Made by a program: the position numbers and the translations under genes. From assembly GCA_964655115.1 (NCBI GenBank), contig CAZZKM010000001.1:27708-91707 (forward strand): a stretch of 64,000 nt of DNA. The letters are read 5' to 3'. Origin of the DNA: an uncultured Bifidobacterium sp. (GTDB lineage: Bacteria > Actinomycetota > Actinomycetes > S36-B12 > UBA5976). Below, in pieces: positions 40,462-49,576 of the stretch; position 1 is the first letter of the stretch, and each line of letters begins with the position of its first letter. The notes below the pieces were generated by a model, which saw nothing but the letters and a program-made list of their open reading frames with translations, was not told where the DNA came from and did not search any database.

Positions 40462-42201
40462 ATGAAGTTAAATTCACGCACCAAATTCGGTGTCGTGGTT
40501 GCAGCTGCTGCATTGCTGTTATCAGCATGTGGTGGTGGAGGTGGAACTTCATCTGGTGGAACTGGAGAAGCAAGTCAAGGCGGAACAATTACTTTCTTGA
40601 CAATTGCAGAACAGTTCAATCACGTTGATCCACAACGTAACTACACAGGTCAAGATCTTGCATTCTTTGGAGGGTTTGTAAACCGTACATTAACTTCGTA
40701 CGCATACGAACAAGGTCCAGCTGGTGCAGAACTTGTAGCTGATATGGCAACAGATACCGGTACAACTACCGATGGTGGAAAGACTTGGTCTTTCACACTT
40801 CGTGATGGTCTTACTTGGGAAGATGGCAGTGAAGTAACTTGCCAAGATGTTGCATACGGAACAAGCCGTGTATTCGCAACCGACATCATCGTTGATGGTC
40901 CAACATATGCAATCTCATATTTGGATATTCCTACAGATGCCGAAGGCAATAGCCAATATCCAGGCCCATACAAAGCAACAGCTGAACAACAAGCTTTGTA
41001 TGACAACGCAGTTTCATGTGATGGCAAAACAATCACTTTCAAGTTGAACAAAGTTGTTGCAGACTTCAACTACACAGTGACATTGCTTGCATTTGCACCA
41101 GTACCAAAAGCTAAAGACACTGGTGAAAAATATGATGACGCTGTTGTTTCAAATGGACCATACAAAATTGAGTCTTATGTAAAAGCTCAAAACATGACAT
41201 TGGTTCGTAACGAAAACTGGAATCCAGACTCAGATCCATTGCGTAAAGCTTACCCAGACAAAATCGTGGTTAACTTTGCACAAGATCAAGCAGTTATTGA
41301 TTCACGTTTGATCGCATCTGCCGGTGATGATGCATTCGCAGTATCACTTGATGGAATTCAAACTGAAAATCTTCAAACAATTTTCGGTGATGACCAATTT
41401 GCAGATCGTCGTGTAAACGAACAAGATCCATATGCAATTTATACCGCTATCAACGTTAAAAAAGTTCCTTGCTTACCTGTAAGAAAAGCAATCTTTTTAG
41501 CACTTGATCGCGAAGCTTTAAGAACTGCTAATGGTGGCGAATATGTAGGTGACTTGGCTGACGGATTTATTTCCCCAACCTTGGCAACTGATTATGCGCC
41601 AAACACTCTTCCTGAAGGTCTACAAGATGCAGGAAATCCAGATGCAGCAAAAGCTGAATTGGAAAAAGCAAAAACTGAATGTCCAGATGTCTACGCAAAA
41701 GCAACTGGTGCAGGTTTAGTTTTTGATCATCCAGATACTCCACAATGGGGCAAGAACGTTGCTGTGTGGATTGAATCTGAAAAAGAAGCAGGAATCGTAA
41801 TCAAATCAAATCCAATTGAGCCTGGTAAGTACTACTCAGTTGTGATGGATACAGCTCTTCAAGGCGACATCAGTCGTTCAGGTTGGGCTGCAGATTGGTT
41901 GAATGCTTCAACAGTTTTGCCAGAACTTTTCGGTGAAGGTGGATTTAACATTTCACAAAACCAAGAAGATCCAGCATTTCCTGCATACAAAGCATTGATG
42001 GATGAAGCATTAGCTACAACCGATCGTGCTGCACAAGCAGAAATCTGGAAGAAAGCAAATCAATATGCACTAGATCAAGTTTGGGCAATTCCAAGCTGGT
42101 TTGGTCGTTCACAAGAATTCCGTGGATCAAAGATCGGCGGAGGTTATTTGTGGTACCCATACGGTTCACATAACTTCTCTGCTCTCTACGTAATTCAGTA
42201 A
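40462..42201 (+). CDS. Oligopeptide ABC substrate-binding lipoprotein (OppA/BldKB-like)
   Basis: Lipobox LLLSAC; HVDPQRNY, TWSFTLRDGLTWEDG and GPYKIESY motifs; GGGAGG SD. Confidence 0.93.
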   Translation: MKLNSRTKFGVVVAAAALLLSACGGGGGTSSGGTGEASQGGTITFLTIAEQFNHVDPQRNYTGQDLAFFGGFVNRTLTSYAYEQGPAGAELVADMATDTGTTTDGGKTWSFTLRDGLTWEDGSEVTCQDVAYGTSRVFATDIIVDGPTYAISYLDIPTDAEGNSQYPGPYKATAEQQALYDNAVSCDGKTITFKLNKVVADFNYTVTLLAFAPVPKAKDTGEKYDDAVVSNGPYKIESYVKAQNMTLVRNENWNPDSDPLRKAYPDKIVVNFAQDQAVIDSRLIASAGDDAFAVSLDGIQTENLQTIFGDDQFADRRVNEQDPYAIYTAINVKKVPCLPVRKAIFLALDREALRTANGGEYVGDLADGFISPTLATDYAPNTLPEGLQDAGNPDAAKAELEKAKTECPDVYAKATGAGLVFDHPDTPQWGKNVAVWIESEKEAGIVIKSNPIEPGKYYSVVMDTALQGDISRSGWAADWLNASTVLPELFGEGGFNISQNQEDPAFPAYKALMDEALATTDRAAQAEIWKKANQYALDQVWAIPSWFGRSQEFRGSKIGGGYLWYPYGSHNFSALYVIQ

Positions 42202-42209
42202 TAAAAATT

Positions 42210-42243
42210 ATGGGAGCTGCAATTTATTGCAGCTCCCATTTTT
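42210..42243 (+). terminator. Terminator/stabiliser hairpin after the SBP gene
   Basis: ATGGGAGCTGCAA-TTTA-TTGCAGCTCCCAT followed by TTTT. Confidence 0.88.
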
Positions 42244-42258
42244 AAAGAAAGGTTAAAC

Positions 42259-43251
42259 ATGGCACGTTTTATTGTCAGACGTTTAGCTTTTATGATTGTG
42301 CTACTTATTGTTGTTTCTATAACAACTTTTTTATTATTTAGTGTTTTACCAGTAGATCCTGCATCTTTAAGTTGTGGTCAACATTGCACGCCAGAAAAAA
42401 TTGAAGCAAACAGAATTCGTTTAGGTTATGACCAACCAATACTGACGCAATATTTCACTTATATGAAGGGAATATTTTTTGGCAGAACTTATGGTGAAGG
42501 AGCACAAGCTTTTTCTTGTCCTGCACCAAGTCTTGGCTATTCCTTCTATCGAGGTCAATGTGTAACTTCAATGGTTGCTAATGCTTTACCGGCCACAATT
42601 TCCTTAACAATTGGTGCAACTGTTATTTGGTTATTGATGGGTATTGGACTCGGTGTAGTTTCTGCGGTGAAAAAAGGAAAAGCGCTAGATCGCATTAGTA
42701 CAGGTTTTGCAATATTTGGCTTATCAATGCCAACATTTTTTATTGGTTTACTACTTATTTATATCTTTATTATTTGGCTTCCTATATTTCCGTTTCCAAG
42801 TTATGTTTCAGTTTTTGAAGATCCTGTTTCTTGGTATCAAACTATGTTTTTACCTTGGTGCACTGTGGCAATAGTTTCGGCAGCTTTATATACCCGGTTA
42901 ACAAGAGATGGAATGCTTGAAACTATGAGTGAAGATTATGTTCGCTTAGCAATATCTAAAGGATTATCAAGAAAAAAAGTTTTATTTAAGTATGTTTTAA
43001 GAGGTGCAATAACTCCAATTGTCACAATTGCTGGCTTAGATATTGCAGTTTTATTAGGAGGAGCAATTATTACTGAGTCAGTTTTTGGTTTACCAGGAAT
43101 GGGAAGACTTGCATTTAACTCAGTTTCTGATTCAGATTTACCAGTAATTGCAGGAATTACTTTGATTACCGCATTTATCGTAGTTGTAGCAAATGCAATT
43201 GTAGATATTTTGTATGCAGTGTTAGACCCAAGAGTAAGACTTGAAGCATGA
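42259..43251 (+). CDS. Oligopeptide ABC permease (OppB/BldKC-like)
   Basis: FIVRRL, EDYVRLAISKGL and ESVFGLPGMG motifs. Confidence 0.93.
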   Translation: MARFIVRRLAFMIVLLIVVSITTFLLFSVLPVDPASLSCGQHCTPEKIEANRIRLGYDQPILTQYFTYMKGIFFGRTYGEGAQAFSCPAPSLGYSFYRGQCVTSMVANALPATISLTIGATVIWLLMGIGLGVVSAVKKGKALDRISTGFAIFGLSMPTFFIGLLLIYIFIIWLPIFPFPSYVSVFEDPVSWYQTMFLPWCTVAIVSAALYTRLTRDGMLETMSEDYVRLAISKGLSRKKVLFKYVLRGAITPIVTIAGLDIAVLLGGAIITESVFGLPGMGRLAFNSVSDSDLPVIAGITLITAFIVVVANAIVDILYAVLDPRVRLEA

Positions 43252-44264
43252 GTGAAATTTTAAAAGTAGAAAACTTAAACGTTTCATTTAAAACTGCAGA
43301 CGGACTGGTACACGCAGTTGATAATTTAAGTTTTTCGTTAGCAACTGGTGAAACTTTAGCAATTGTAGGTGAATCAGGATCTGGAAAAAGTGTTACTGCA
43401 TCAGCCATTATGGGCTTATTGAATGCAGGAAATGTAGAAATAAATGGAAATATTGAAGTAAATAAAACAAATATTTTAACTAGTAAGGATTCTGAAATTA
43501 GAAGCATTAGAGGAAAAGATGTGGCAATGGTTTTTCAAGATCCATTATCGGCATTAAATCCTTATTACACAGTGGGGGATCAAATCGGTGAAGCTTTTCT
43601 AACGCATCATCCCAAAGCAAGCAAAGAAGAAGTTACCCAAAAAGTATTAGAAGTAATGAAAAAAGTAGGAATTCCAGAAGTAGAAAAAAGAATTGATTCT
43701 TATCCACATGAATTTTCAGGCGGCATGCGCCAAAGAGTTGTAATTGCAATTGCCTTAATAAATGATCCAAAGATTTTGATTGCCGATGAACCAACAACAG
43801 CATTAGATGTAACAGTTCAGGCTCAAATTTTGGATTTAATGAGAGATTTACAGAAACAAAGTAATACCGCAATTATTTTGATAACTCATGATTTAGGTGT
43901 AGTTGCAGAAATGGTTGATCGAGTTTTAGTTATGTATGCCGGAAGAGCTGTAGAAGTTGCAAATGTACAGTCAATATTTGAATCTCCAAACCATCCATAT
44001 ACAAAAGGATTATTAAGTGCGGTAAGAAGCCTAGATACAGAAGTTCATGCAAAATTAGAAACAATTCCTGGCACACCGCCATCTTTATTAAATATTCCGC
44101 AAGGTTGTTCTTTTAACCCTCGTTGTGGTTATAAAAATTGGGTTGGACAAAAGTGTGAAATAGAAAAACCAGAATTACATCAAATTGGAAGTAATTTCAG
44201 TGCGTGCCATTTAAATAATGAAGATGTAAAACGTATGAATAATGAAGAAATACCGGTTGGTTAA
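43248..44264 (+). CDS. Oligopeptide ABC ATPase (OppD-like)
   Basis: [20 protein letters not shown] and C-terminal GCSFNPRC motifs. Confidence 0.95.
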   Translation: MSEILKVENLNVSFKTADGLVHAVDNLSFSLATGETLAIVGESGSGKSVTASAIMGLLNAGNVEINGNIEVNKTNILTSKDSEIRSIRGKDVAMVFQDPLSALNPYYTVGDQIGEAFLTHHPKASKEEVTQKVLEVMKKVGIPEVEKRIDSYPHEFSGGMRQRVVIAIALINDPKILIADEPTTALDVTVQAQILDLMRDLQKQSNTAIILITHDLGVVAEMVDRVLVMYAGRAVEVANVQSIFESPNHPYTKGLLSAVRSLDTEVHAKLETIPGTPPSLLNIPQGCSFNPRCGYKNWVGQKCEIEKPELHQIGSNFSACHLNNEDVKRMNNEEIPVG

Positions 44265-45236
44265 ATGAGTACAGTTCTTGAAGTTAAAAACTTAGTAAAG
44301 AAATTTCCTTCTGGTAAAAAAGGATTTTTTTCAAAACCAGCAGGATATGTTCATGCAGTCGATGATGTTTCTTTAAAAATTGAAGCAGGACAAACTCTTG
44401 GAGTGGTTGGTGAATCAGGATGTGGCAAATCCACTTTAGGAAGAGTAATGACACATTTACTCCCTGCTACAAGTGGTCAAGTTTTACTTAATGGCACAGA
44501 TGTAACTTTTGCCAAAGGTGAAGAGTTAAATCAAATGCGAAGAACTGTGCAAATGATTTTTCAAGATCCATACTCATCTTTAAATCCTCGACATACAGTT
44601 GGTCGAATTGTCGAGATGCCACTTTTAGTGCAAAAAATAAATCCACCAATGGGTAGAAAAAAGAAAGTTCAAGAATTGCTTGAATTAGTTGGATTAAATC
44701 CTGAGCACTATAACCGCTATCCACATGAATTTTCTGGAGGGCAAAGACAAAGAATTGGGATTGCACGAGCTCTTGCATTAGAGCCAAAAATAATTATTGC
44801 TGATGAACCAGTTTCAGCATTAGATGTTTCTATTCAAGCTCAAATTTTAAATTTATTACAAGATTTACAAAAACACTTAGGACTTTCTTATCTTTTTATA
44901 GCCCATGACTTATCTGTGGTTAAGCATGTCTCTGATCGTGTTGCTGTTATGTATTTAGGAAAAATTGTTGAAGAAGCATCCAGTCAAAGTTTGTACTCAA
45001 ATCCACAACACCCTTATACAAAAGCGCTAATGAGTGCGGTTCCTGAAGCAAATCCTAAAAACAGAAAACAAAGAATTTTATTATCTGGCGATGTTCCTTC
45101 ACCAATTAATCCACCTTCAGGTTGTCGTTTTAGAACAAGATGCTGGAAAGCTCAAGATATTTGTGCCACAACAGAACCACAGTTAATTCAAATTGGCACA
45201 AATCAAAAAGTTGCTTGCCACTTTCCAGGTAATTAA
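44265..45236 (+). CDS. Oligopeptide ABC ATPase (OppF-like)
   Basis: [21 protein letters not shown] and GCRFRTRC motifs. Confidence 0.95.
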   Translation: MSTVLEVKNLVKKFPSGKKGFFSKPAGYVHAVDDVSLKIEAGQTLGVVGESGCGKSTLGRVMTHLLPATSGQVLLNGTDVTFAKGEELNQMRRTVQMIFQDPYSSLNPRHTVGRIVEMPLLVQKINPPMGRKKKVQELLELVGLNPEHYNRYPHEFSGGQRQRIGIARALALEPKIIIADEPVSALDVSIQAQILNLLQDLQKHLGLSYLFIAHDLSVVKHVSDRVAVMYLGKIVEEASSQSLYSNPQHPYTKALMSAVPEANPKNRKQRILLSGDVPSPINPPSGCRFRTRCWKAQDICATTEPQLIQIGTNQKVACHFPGN

Positions 45237-47308
45237 TTTAAATACTTGTTGAAGAAATCTAATTGAATCTTAAGTAGATTTTCGGTAATTACTTCTTGTG
45301 GAGTCATGTGACTAACTCCAGAAAGCGGTATAAATTCATGTAATTTTGCATGAGACAAAAGTTTTTGCGAAAACTTCAGAGAATGAGTTGCTAAAACATT
45401 GTCATCGGCTAAGCCATGAATTATTAATAGTGGTCTTGTTAATTTTTCTGCTTTTTCAATTAATGAGAATTCATCATATTTATTACTATCAATCTTTGGA
45501 TTTCCTAAATATCTTTCTGAATAAGCTGTGTCATACCAGCGCATATCCGTAACAGGAGCACCTGCAATACCGGCATGAAATCTATCTGGTGCATCTAGAA
45601 CTGCTAAAGCTGCAAAGTATCCACCAAATGACCAACCGGTGATGCCAACTTTTTCTAAATTTAAAACATTAGGAAACTTTTCATTCAATTCATCCATTAC
45701 TGTTATTTGATCTTTGAGAATCTTTTCACTCCACTTATCAAAAATTTCGTACTCCCAAAGTTTTCCTCTGCCTGGTGTTCCTCGATTATCTGCCACAATT
45801 ACTGCATAACCTTGGTCAGCTAACCATTGATCAGTTAAGAATAAAGAAGCATTTTTTAAGCAATTTGCAAAATGTGGACCACCGTAGGGTGCAAAAACTA
45901 CTGGAAGTTTTTTATCATTTTTATACCAGGTGGGAAGAATGAGTGCGGCAGAGATATTTGTCTTTCCTAAATCAAAAAATTCTATTCTAGGTTGAAATTC
46001 AATAGTTTCTTGTTCTTCATTTATTTCTATATTCTTTACACCATCATTAATAGTAATTTTTCTATACCAACTATTTTCATTTTGCTCAATAATTAAAGTT
46101 AAATTACCTTTTCTAGATCCTGTGACAAAACTTTCTTTGCTGTCAATTTCTAAAGCATTGCCTTTCCAATCAACATGAAGTAGAGAAGAACTATTTTGAT
46201 GTTTGCTTATTTGAAGAAAGATTCCATTTTTATCAATATTTAAAATACTTCTAACTTCTATCTCTTTACTAGTTACTGCTAAGCCATCGATAAAAAGTTG
46301 CCTTTTGTCTTCTCCATCAATTACGACTAAATGATTTTCAAACATTTTTGGAGATCCATGCTCTACTTCAACCCAAAAAGGATGACTTTTAGACCATAAA
46401 TCAGATGACTTATTGTTATTTAAATCGAATTCTTTCAAGACCATATTTTTTTGATCTCTAGAAAGAAGAGTCAAATTAACTTTATTTTCTGAAACAAAAT
46501 CTACATCTGTGACGTATTCGAATTCTTTTTTATCGAATTCAAGTTTGGTTAAATTGCCCGTTAGATCAACCACAAAAAAATCACAATTTGGATTATTTGT
46601 GCCAGCAAATGGATATCTATGAGTTCTTACTGGTTCTTGTGGATTTGTTGGATCAGCTAAATTAACCAGTTCTACTTCACTTTCATCAACTTTTTCAACT
46701 ACCAACTTTGTTGAATCTTTACTCCACCAAAAACCGCGATAGCGATTTAGTTCCTCTGCGCTAATAAAATCAACCAGCCCAAAAGTAACATTCTCTTGGT
46801 CATTTTGAATTAAATATTTACCTTCTCGTTTCTCGAATGAGTAGATAAATAATCCGGTATTAATTACCCCAGCAACATATTTACCATCAGGAGATAATCT
46901 TGGGTCAATTATTGGTCCAGGAATTTCTAGTTGTGTAATTTCTAGATTAGTTAAATTTAAATGCCAAAGTTCACCATTTAAAGGAAAACAAATAGACGTT
47001 CCAAGTTCATCTATTGAGAAATTTGTTATCCCAGAACCTGATTCTCTTAATCTTTCTCTTCTGGCTTTTTCTTCTTTAGGTAAAAATTGCTCATCTTTAA
47101 TTTTTAATTGGCTTGGATCAACAAGACAAGTAATCTCTTTACTTTCTGTGGAAAGAGAAAATAGTCCTAGTCGAGCATCATGTTTGGAAATATTTTTTAA
47201 GAAAAATACTTTATTAGTTTCAGGAGATAGTGTGAAATTTCTTAATCGACCTAAAGTGAAACGTTTAGTTTCTGCAAATTGTTTAGGAAAATTTGGCCAC
47301 CTCATCAC
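45233..47308 (-). CDS. S9-family (dipeptidyl-peptidase IV-like) peptidase
   Basis: Beta-propeller region with EELNRYRGFWWS, nucleophile GWSFGG, HGLADDNV and catalytic His VSH. Confidence 0.93.
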   Translation of the reverse strand: MMRWPNFPKQFAETKRFTLGRLRNFTLSPETNKVFFLKNISKHDARLGLFSLSTESKEITCLVDPSQLKIKDEQFLPKEEKARRERLRESGSGITNFSIDELGTSICFPLNGELWHLNLTNLEITQLEIPGPIIDPRLSPDGKYVAGVINTGLFIYSFEKREGKYLIQNDQENVTFGLVDFISAEELNRYRGFWWSKDSTKLVVEKVDESEVELVNLADPTNPQEPVRTHRYPFAGTNNPNCDFFVVDLTGNLTKLEFDKKEFEYVTDVDFVSENKVNLTLLSRDQKNMVLKEFDLNNNKSSDLWSKSHPFWVEVEHGSPKMFENHLVVIDGEDKRQLFIDGLAVTSKEIEVRSILNIDKNGIFLQISKHQNSSSLLHVDWKGNALEIDSKESFVTGSRKGNLTLIIEQNENSWYRKITINDGVKNIEINEEQETIEFQPRIEFFDLGKTNISAALILPTWYKNDKKLPVVFAPYGGPHFANCLKNASLFLTDQWLADQGYAVIVADNRGTPGRGKLWEYEIFDKWSEKILKDQITVMDELNEKFPNVLNLEKVGITGWSFGGYFAALAVLDAPDRFHAGIAGAPVTDMRWYDTAYSERYLGNPKIDSNKYDEFSLIEKAEKLTRPLLIIHGLADDNVLATHSLKFSQKLLSHAKLHEFIPLSGVSHMTPQEVITENLLKIQLDFFNKYLN

Positions 47309-47342
47309 ACATATATTCTGCTTGTTGCGTAATCTGTTACTT

Positions 47343-48221
47343 ATGTCGAGTCACCGCTTATTACTGGTACACGCTCATCCAGATGATGAAACTATTGGTA
47401 CTGGAATCACAATGGCCAAATATGCACAAATGGGTGCTCAAGTAACACTAATTACTTGCACTAGTGGGGAAGAAGGAGAAGTACTAGTAAAAGAATTAGA
47501 ACATCTTGCTTCAAATAAGGACGACAAATTAGGAATTCATCGACAAACTGAATTACAAAATGCCATGAAAGCATTAGGAATTTCAGATCATAGATTTTTA
47601 GGATTTGCGGGTAAATATAGAGATTCTGGAATGATTGGGACAGAACCAAACAATCGTAAAGATTCTTTTTGGCAAGCAGATTTACAAACAGCAAGTGATG
47701 ATCTAGTCAAAGTAATTAGAGAAGTAAGGCCACAAGTTGCAATTACTTATGATGATTTTGGTGGCTATGGACATCCAGATCACATAAAAGCTCATCGCAT
47801 AACTCATTACGCAATTGAATTAGCAAGTATTGAAAGTTATAAACCTGATCTAGGACGTGCTTGGGAAGTTTCAAAAATATATTGGACAGCAATTCCTAAA
47901 TCTCAAATGCAAAAAGGAATAGAAGCATTAGCAAGTTCTGGAGGTTCAAAGTTTTTTGGAGTAGATTCTGCAGATGAATTACCTTTTGTATTGGAAGATA
48001 AATTTGTAACCACAAGAATAGATGGAAAAGAATTAGTAAATAAAAAACTAGAAGCATTGAAAGCACATGCAACCCAAGTTCAAGACACCGGTCCATTTTT
48101 TCAAATGGCAGAAATTTTAGGACCAGAAGCATTAGGTGTTGAGTATTTTAGATTAGTTAAAGGAAAAAGAATTTCAACTGAATTAGAGACTGATTTATTT
48201 AGTGGCCTTGATGCAAAATAA
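47343..48221 (+). CDS. mshB: GlcNAc-inositol deacetylase (mycothiol synthesis)
   Basis: LLLVHAHPDDETIGTG, YRDSGMIG and TYDDFGGYGHPDH motifs. Start moved to ATG 47343, 7 nt after TAATCT. Confidence 0.95.
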   Translation: MSSHRLLLVHAHPDDETIGTGITMAKYAQMGAQVTLITCTSGEEGEVLVKELEHLASNKDDKLGIHRQTELQNAMKALGISDHRFLGFAGKYRDSGMIGTEPNNRKDSFWQADLQTASDDLVKVIREVRPQVAITYDDFGGYGHPDHIKAHRITHYAIELASIESYKPDLGRAWEVSKIYWTAIPKSQMQKGIEALASSGGSKFFGVDSADELPFVLEDKFVTTRIDGKELVNKKLEALKAHATQVQDTGPFFQMAEILGPEALGVEYFRLVKGKRISTELETDLFSGLDAK

Positions 48222-48564
48222 ATTAACTAGTTTATTTACCTCAATTTTTCTAGGAGTAGCAGTTTCATTATTTGGTGGATTTTTACAAGCCGCAAAATAT
48301 AAACTATTTATAAATATTCCCTGGGGTTTTGCTCTTTATTTACTAATTTTTATTATTTCGATTAGATACGTCAGACAAAGTTTTCAATCTCGTTTTCATG
48401 TAATGGCTTTTTCGCTAGGCTGGTTATTTATTGCTCTTTTGATGAGTGTTCGTTTAACTGCAGGAGATTTAGTATTAACAAACAATGTGACAGCAATCAT
48501 TTACTTAATTGGTTCTGTCATTATTTTAGCGGCAATGTCTACCTTGCCTATAAAAAATAATTAA
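48202..48564 (+). CDS. Small membrane protein (DUF6113-like)
   Basis: 4 TM helices and a GDLVL motif; conserved position right after mshB. Confidence 0.65.
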   Translation: MALMQNKLTSLFTSIFLGVAVSLFGGFLQAAKYKLFINIPWGFALYLLIFIISIRYVRQSFQSRFHVMAFSLGWLFIALLMSVRLTAGDLVLTNNVTAIIYLIGSVIILAAMSTLPIKNN

Positions 48565-49430
48565 ATTGAATCTTTAACTGATTGAGTTTTATCTGCTACA
48601 GCTTGAGTTTTTTGCTCTAAATCAGTTGCAACTGCTAAAGCATCATCAAGTGCTTGACGTAGCAGAGTTGAAGAAGAGGCAAGTGATCTTCTAACTTTGG
48701 CTGCTTCAGAAGCAACTTTTGCTGCCGCATCTCTCTGGGTTTCAACGTTTTCAATGACACGTTTGCGTTCTGCTTGAGCTTCGTCAATTAAGCGCTTGGC
48801 TTCAGCTTGGGCTTCGGTGCGAGTTCTAGTTAGTAATTCTTCAGCTCTCTTAGAAGCATCACTGGTAATTCTTAATTCTTCTGCTTTTGCATTTTCAAGA
48901 ATTGTATTTGCTTCACTTGTTGCAGTTGAAACTATTCTTTTTGCTTCTTTATCTGATGCATCATATTCATTTTGTGCACGATTTCTTAAGTCTTTAACGT
49001 ATTTTTCAGTTTCTGATCTTAAGTTATTTACTTCTTTATTGGCTTCTTCGATTAATTTGGCATTTTCTTCTTTAGTCGCTGCTAATTGCGCGGCAGAAGT
49101 TTCCCTAATTCCTTGAGCAAGTTTTTCTGCTTCAACTAAGACTGATTGTGCTTTAGATTTTGCTGCTCTAATTAAAGTTGCAGCATCTTCTCCAGCTAAA
49201 GCGGTAATTTCTGCATCATCTAATTCAAAAACATTTGGTCTTTTTGCTAATTGCTTTACTTGTTGTTCTAATTCGTTAATTCTTCTGGAAGCACTTGAAC
49301 TTGAGACAACTATAGAACGAGATAACCATCCACTTTTATTCTTCTTTGTTGGTTCTTCTTCTGTCCATTCAGATGCAGCTTTGATTACATCGTTTTCTAC
49401 TGCTACATCTTCGTTTTCAGTATTTGCCAT
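48561..49430 (-). CDS. Coiled-coil protein, FilP/Scy/DivIVA-like
   Basis: Ala/Glu/Lys-rich with 11-residue repeats (EAKRIVSTATS EANTILENAKA EELRITSDASK RAEELLTRTRT). Confidence 0.6.
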   Translation of the reverse strand: MANTENEDVAVENDVIKAASEWTEEEPTKKNKSGWLSRSIVVSSSSASRRINELEQQVKQLAKRPNVFELDDAEITALAGEDAATLIRAAKSKAQSVLVEAEKLAQGIRETSAAQLAATKEENAKLIEEANKEVNNLRSETEKYVKDLRNRAQNEYDASDKEAKRIVSTATSEANTILENAKAEELRITSDASKRAEELLTRTRTEAQAEAKRLIDEAQAERKRVIENVETQRDAAAKVASEAAKVRRSLASSSTLLRQALDDALAVATDLEQKTQAVADKTQSVKDSI

Positions 49431-49528
49431 GTCTAGTTTTCTTTCTAATGTGCTTTGGATAAATAGATTATCGAGACGGCTAAAAATGCGCTAGTGCTCC
49501 TATGCATTTCACGCTCAAAATGACTAAT

Positions 49529-49542
49529 CTCTAATATTAGAG
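49529..49542. promoter_or_regulatory. Perfect 14-bp palindrome in the divergent intergenic region
   Basis: CTCTAATATTAGAG is its own reverse complement and contains TAATAT on both strands. Confidence 0.4.
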
Positions 49543-49576
49543 TTACAGATTTTTATTCAATTTTTCGTCAATTGGG

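Noticed and set aside
47148-47342. 65-aa N-terminal extension of mshB, and similar extensions of xseA, ispH, lysE, DUF4245 and eno
   Set aside because: Most overlap the divergent neighbour or its promoter region. Family homology starts at the downstream ATG/GTG, most of which have a properly spaced -10 box or SD.
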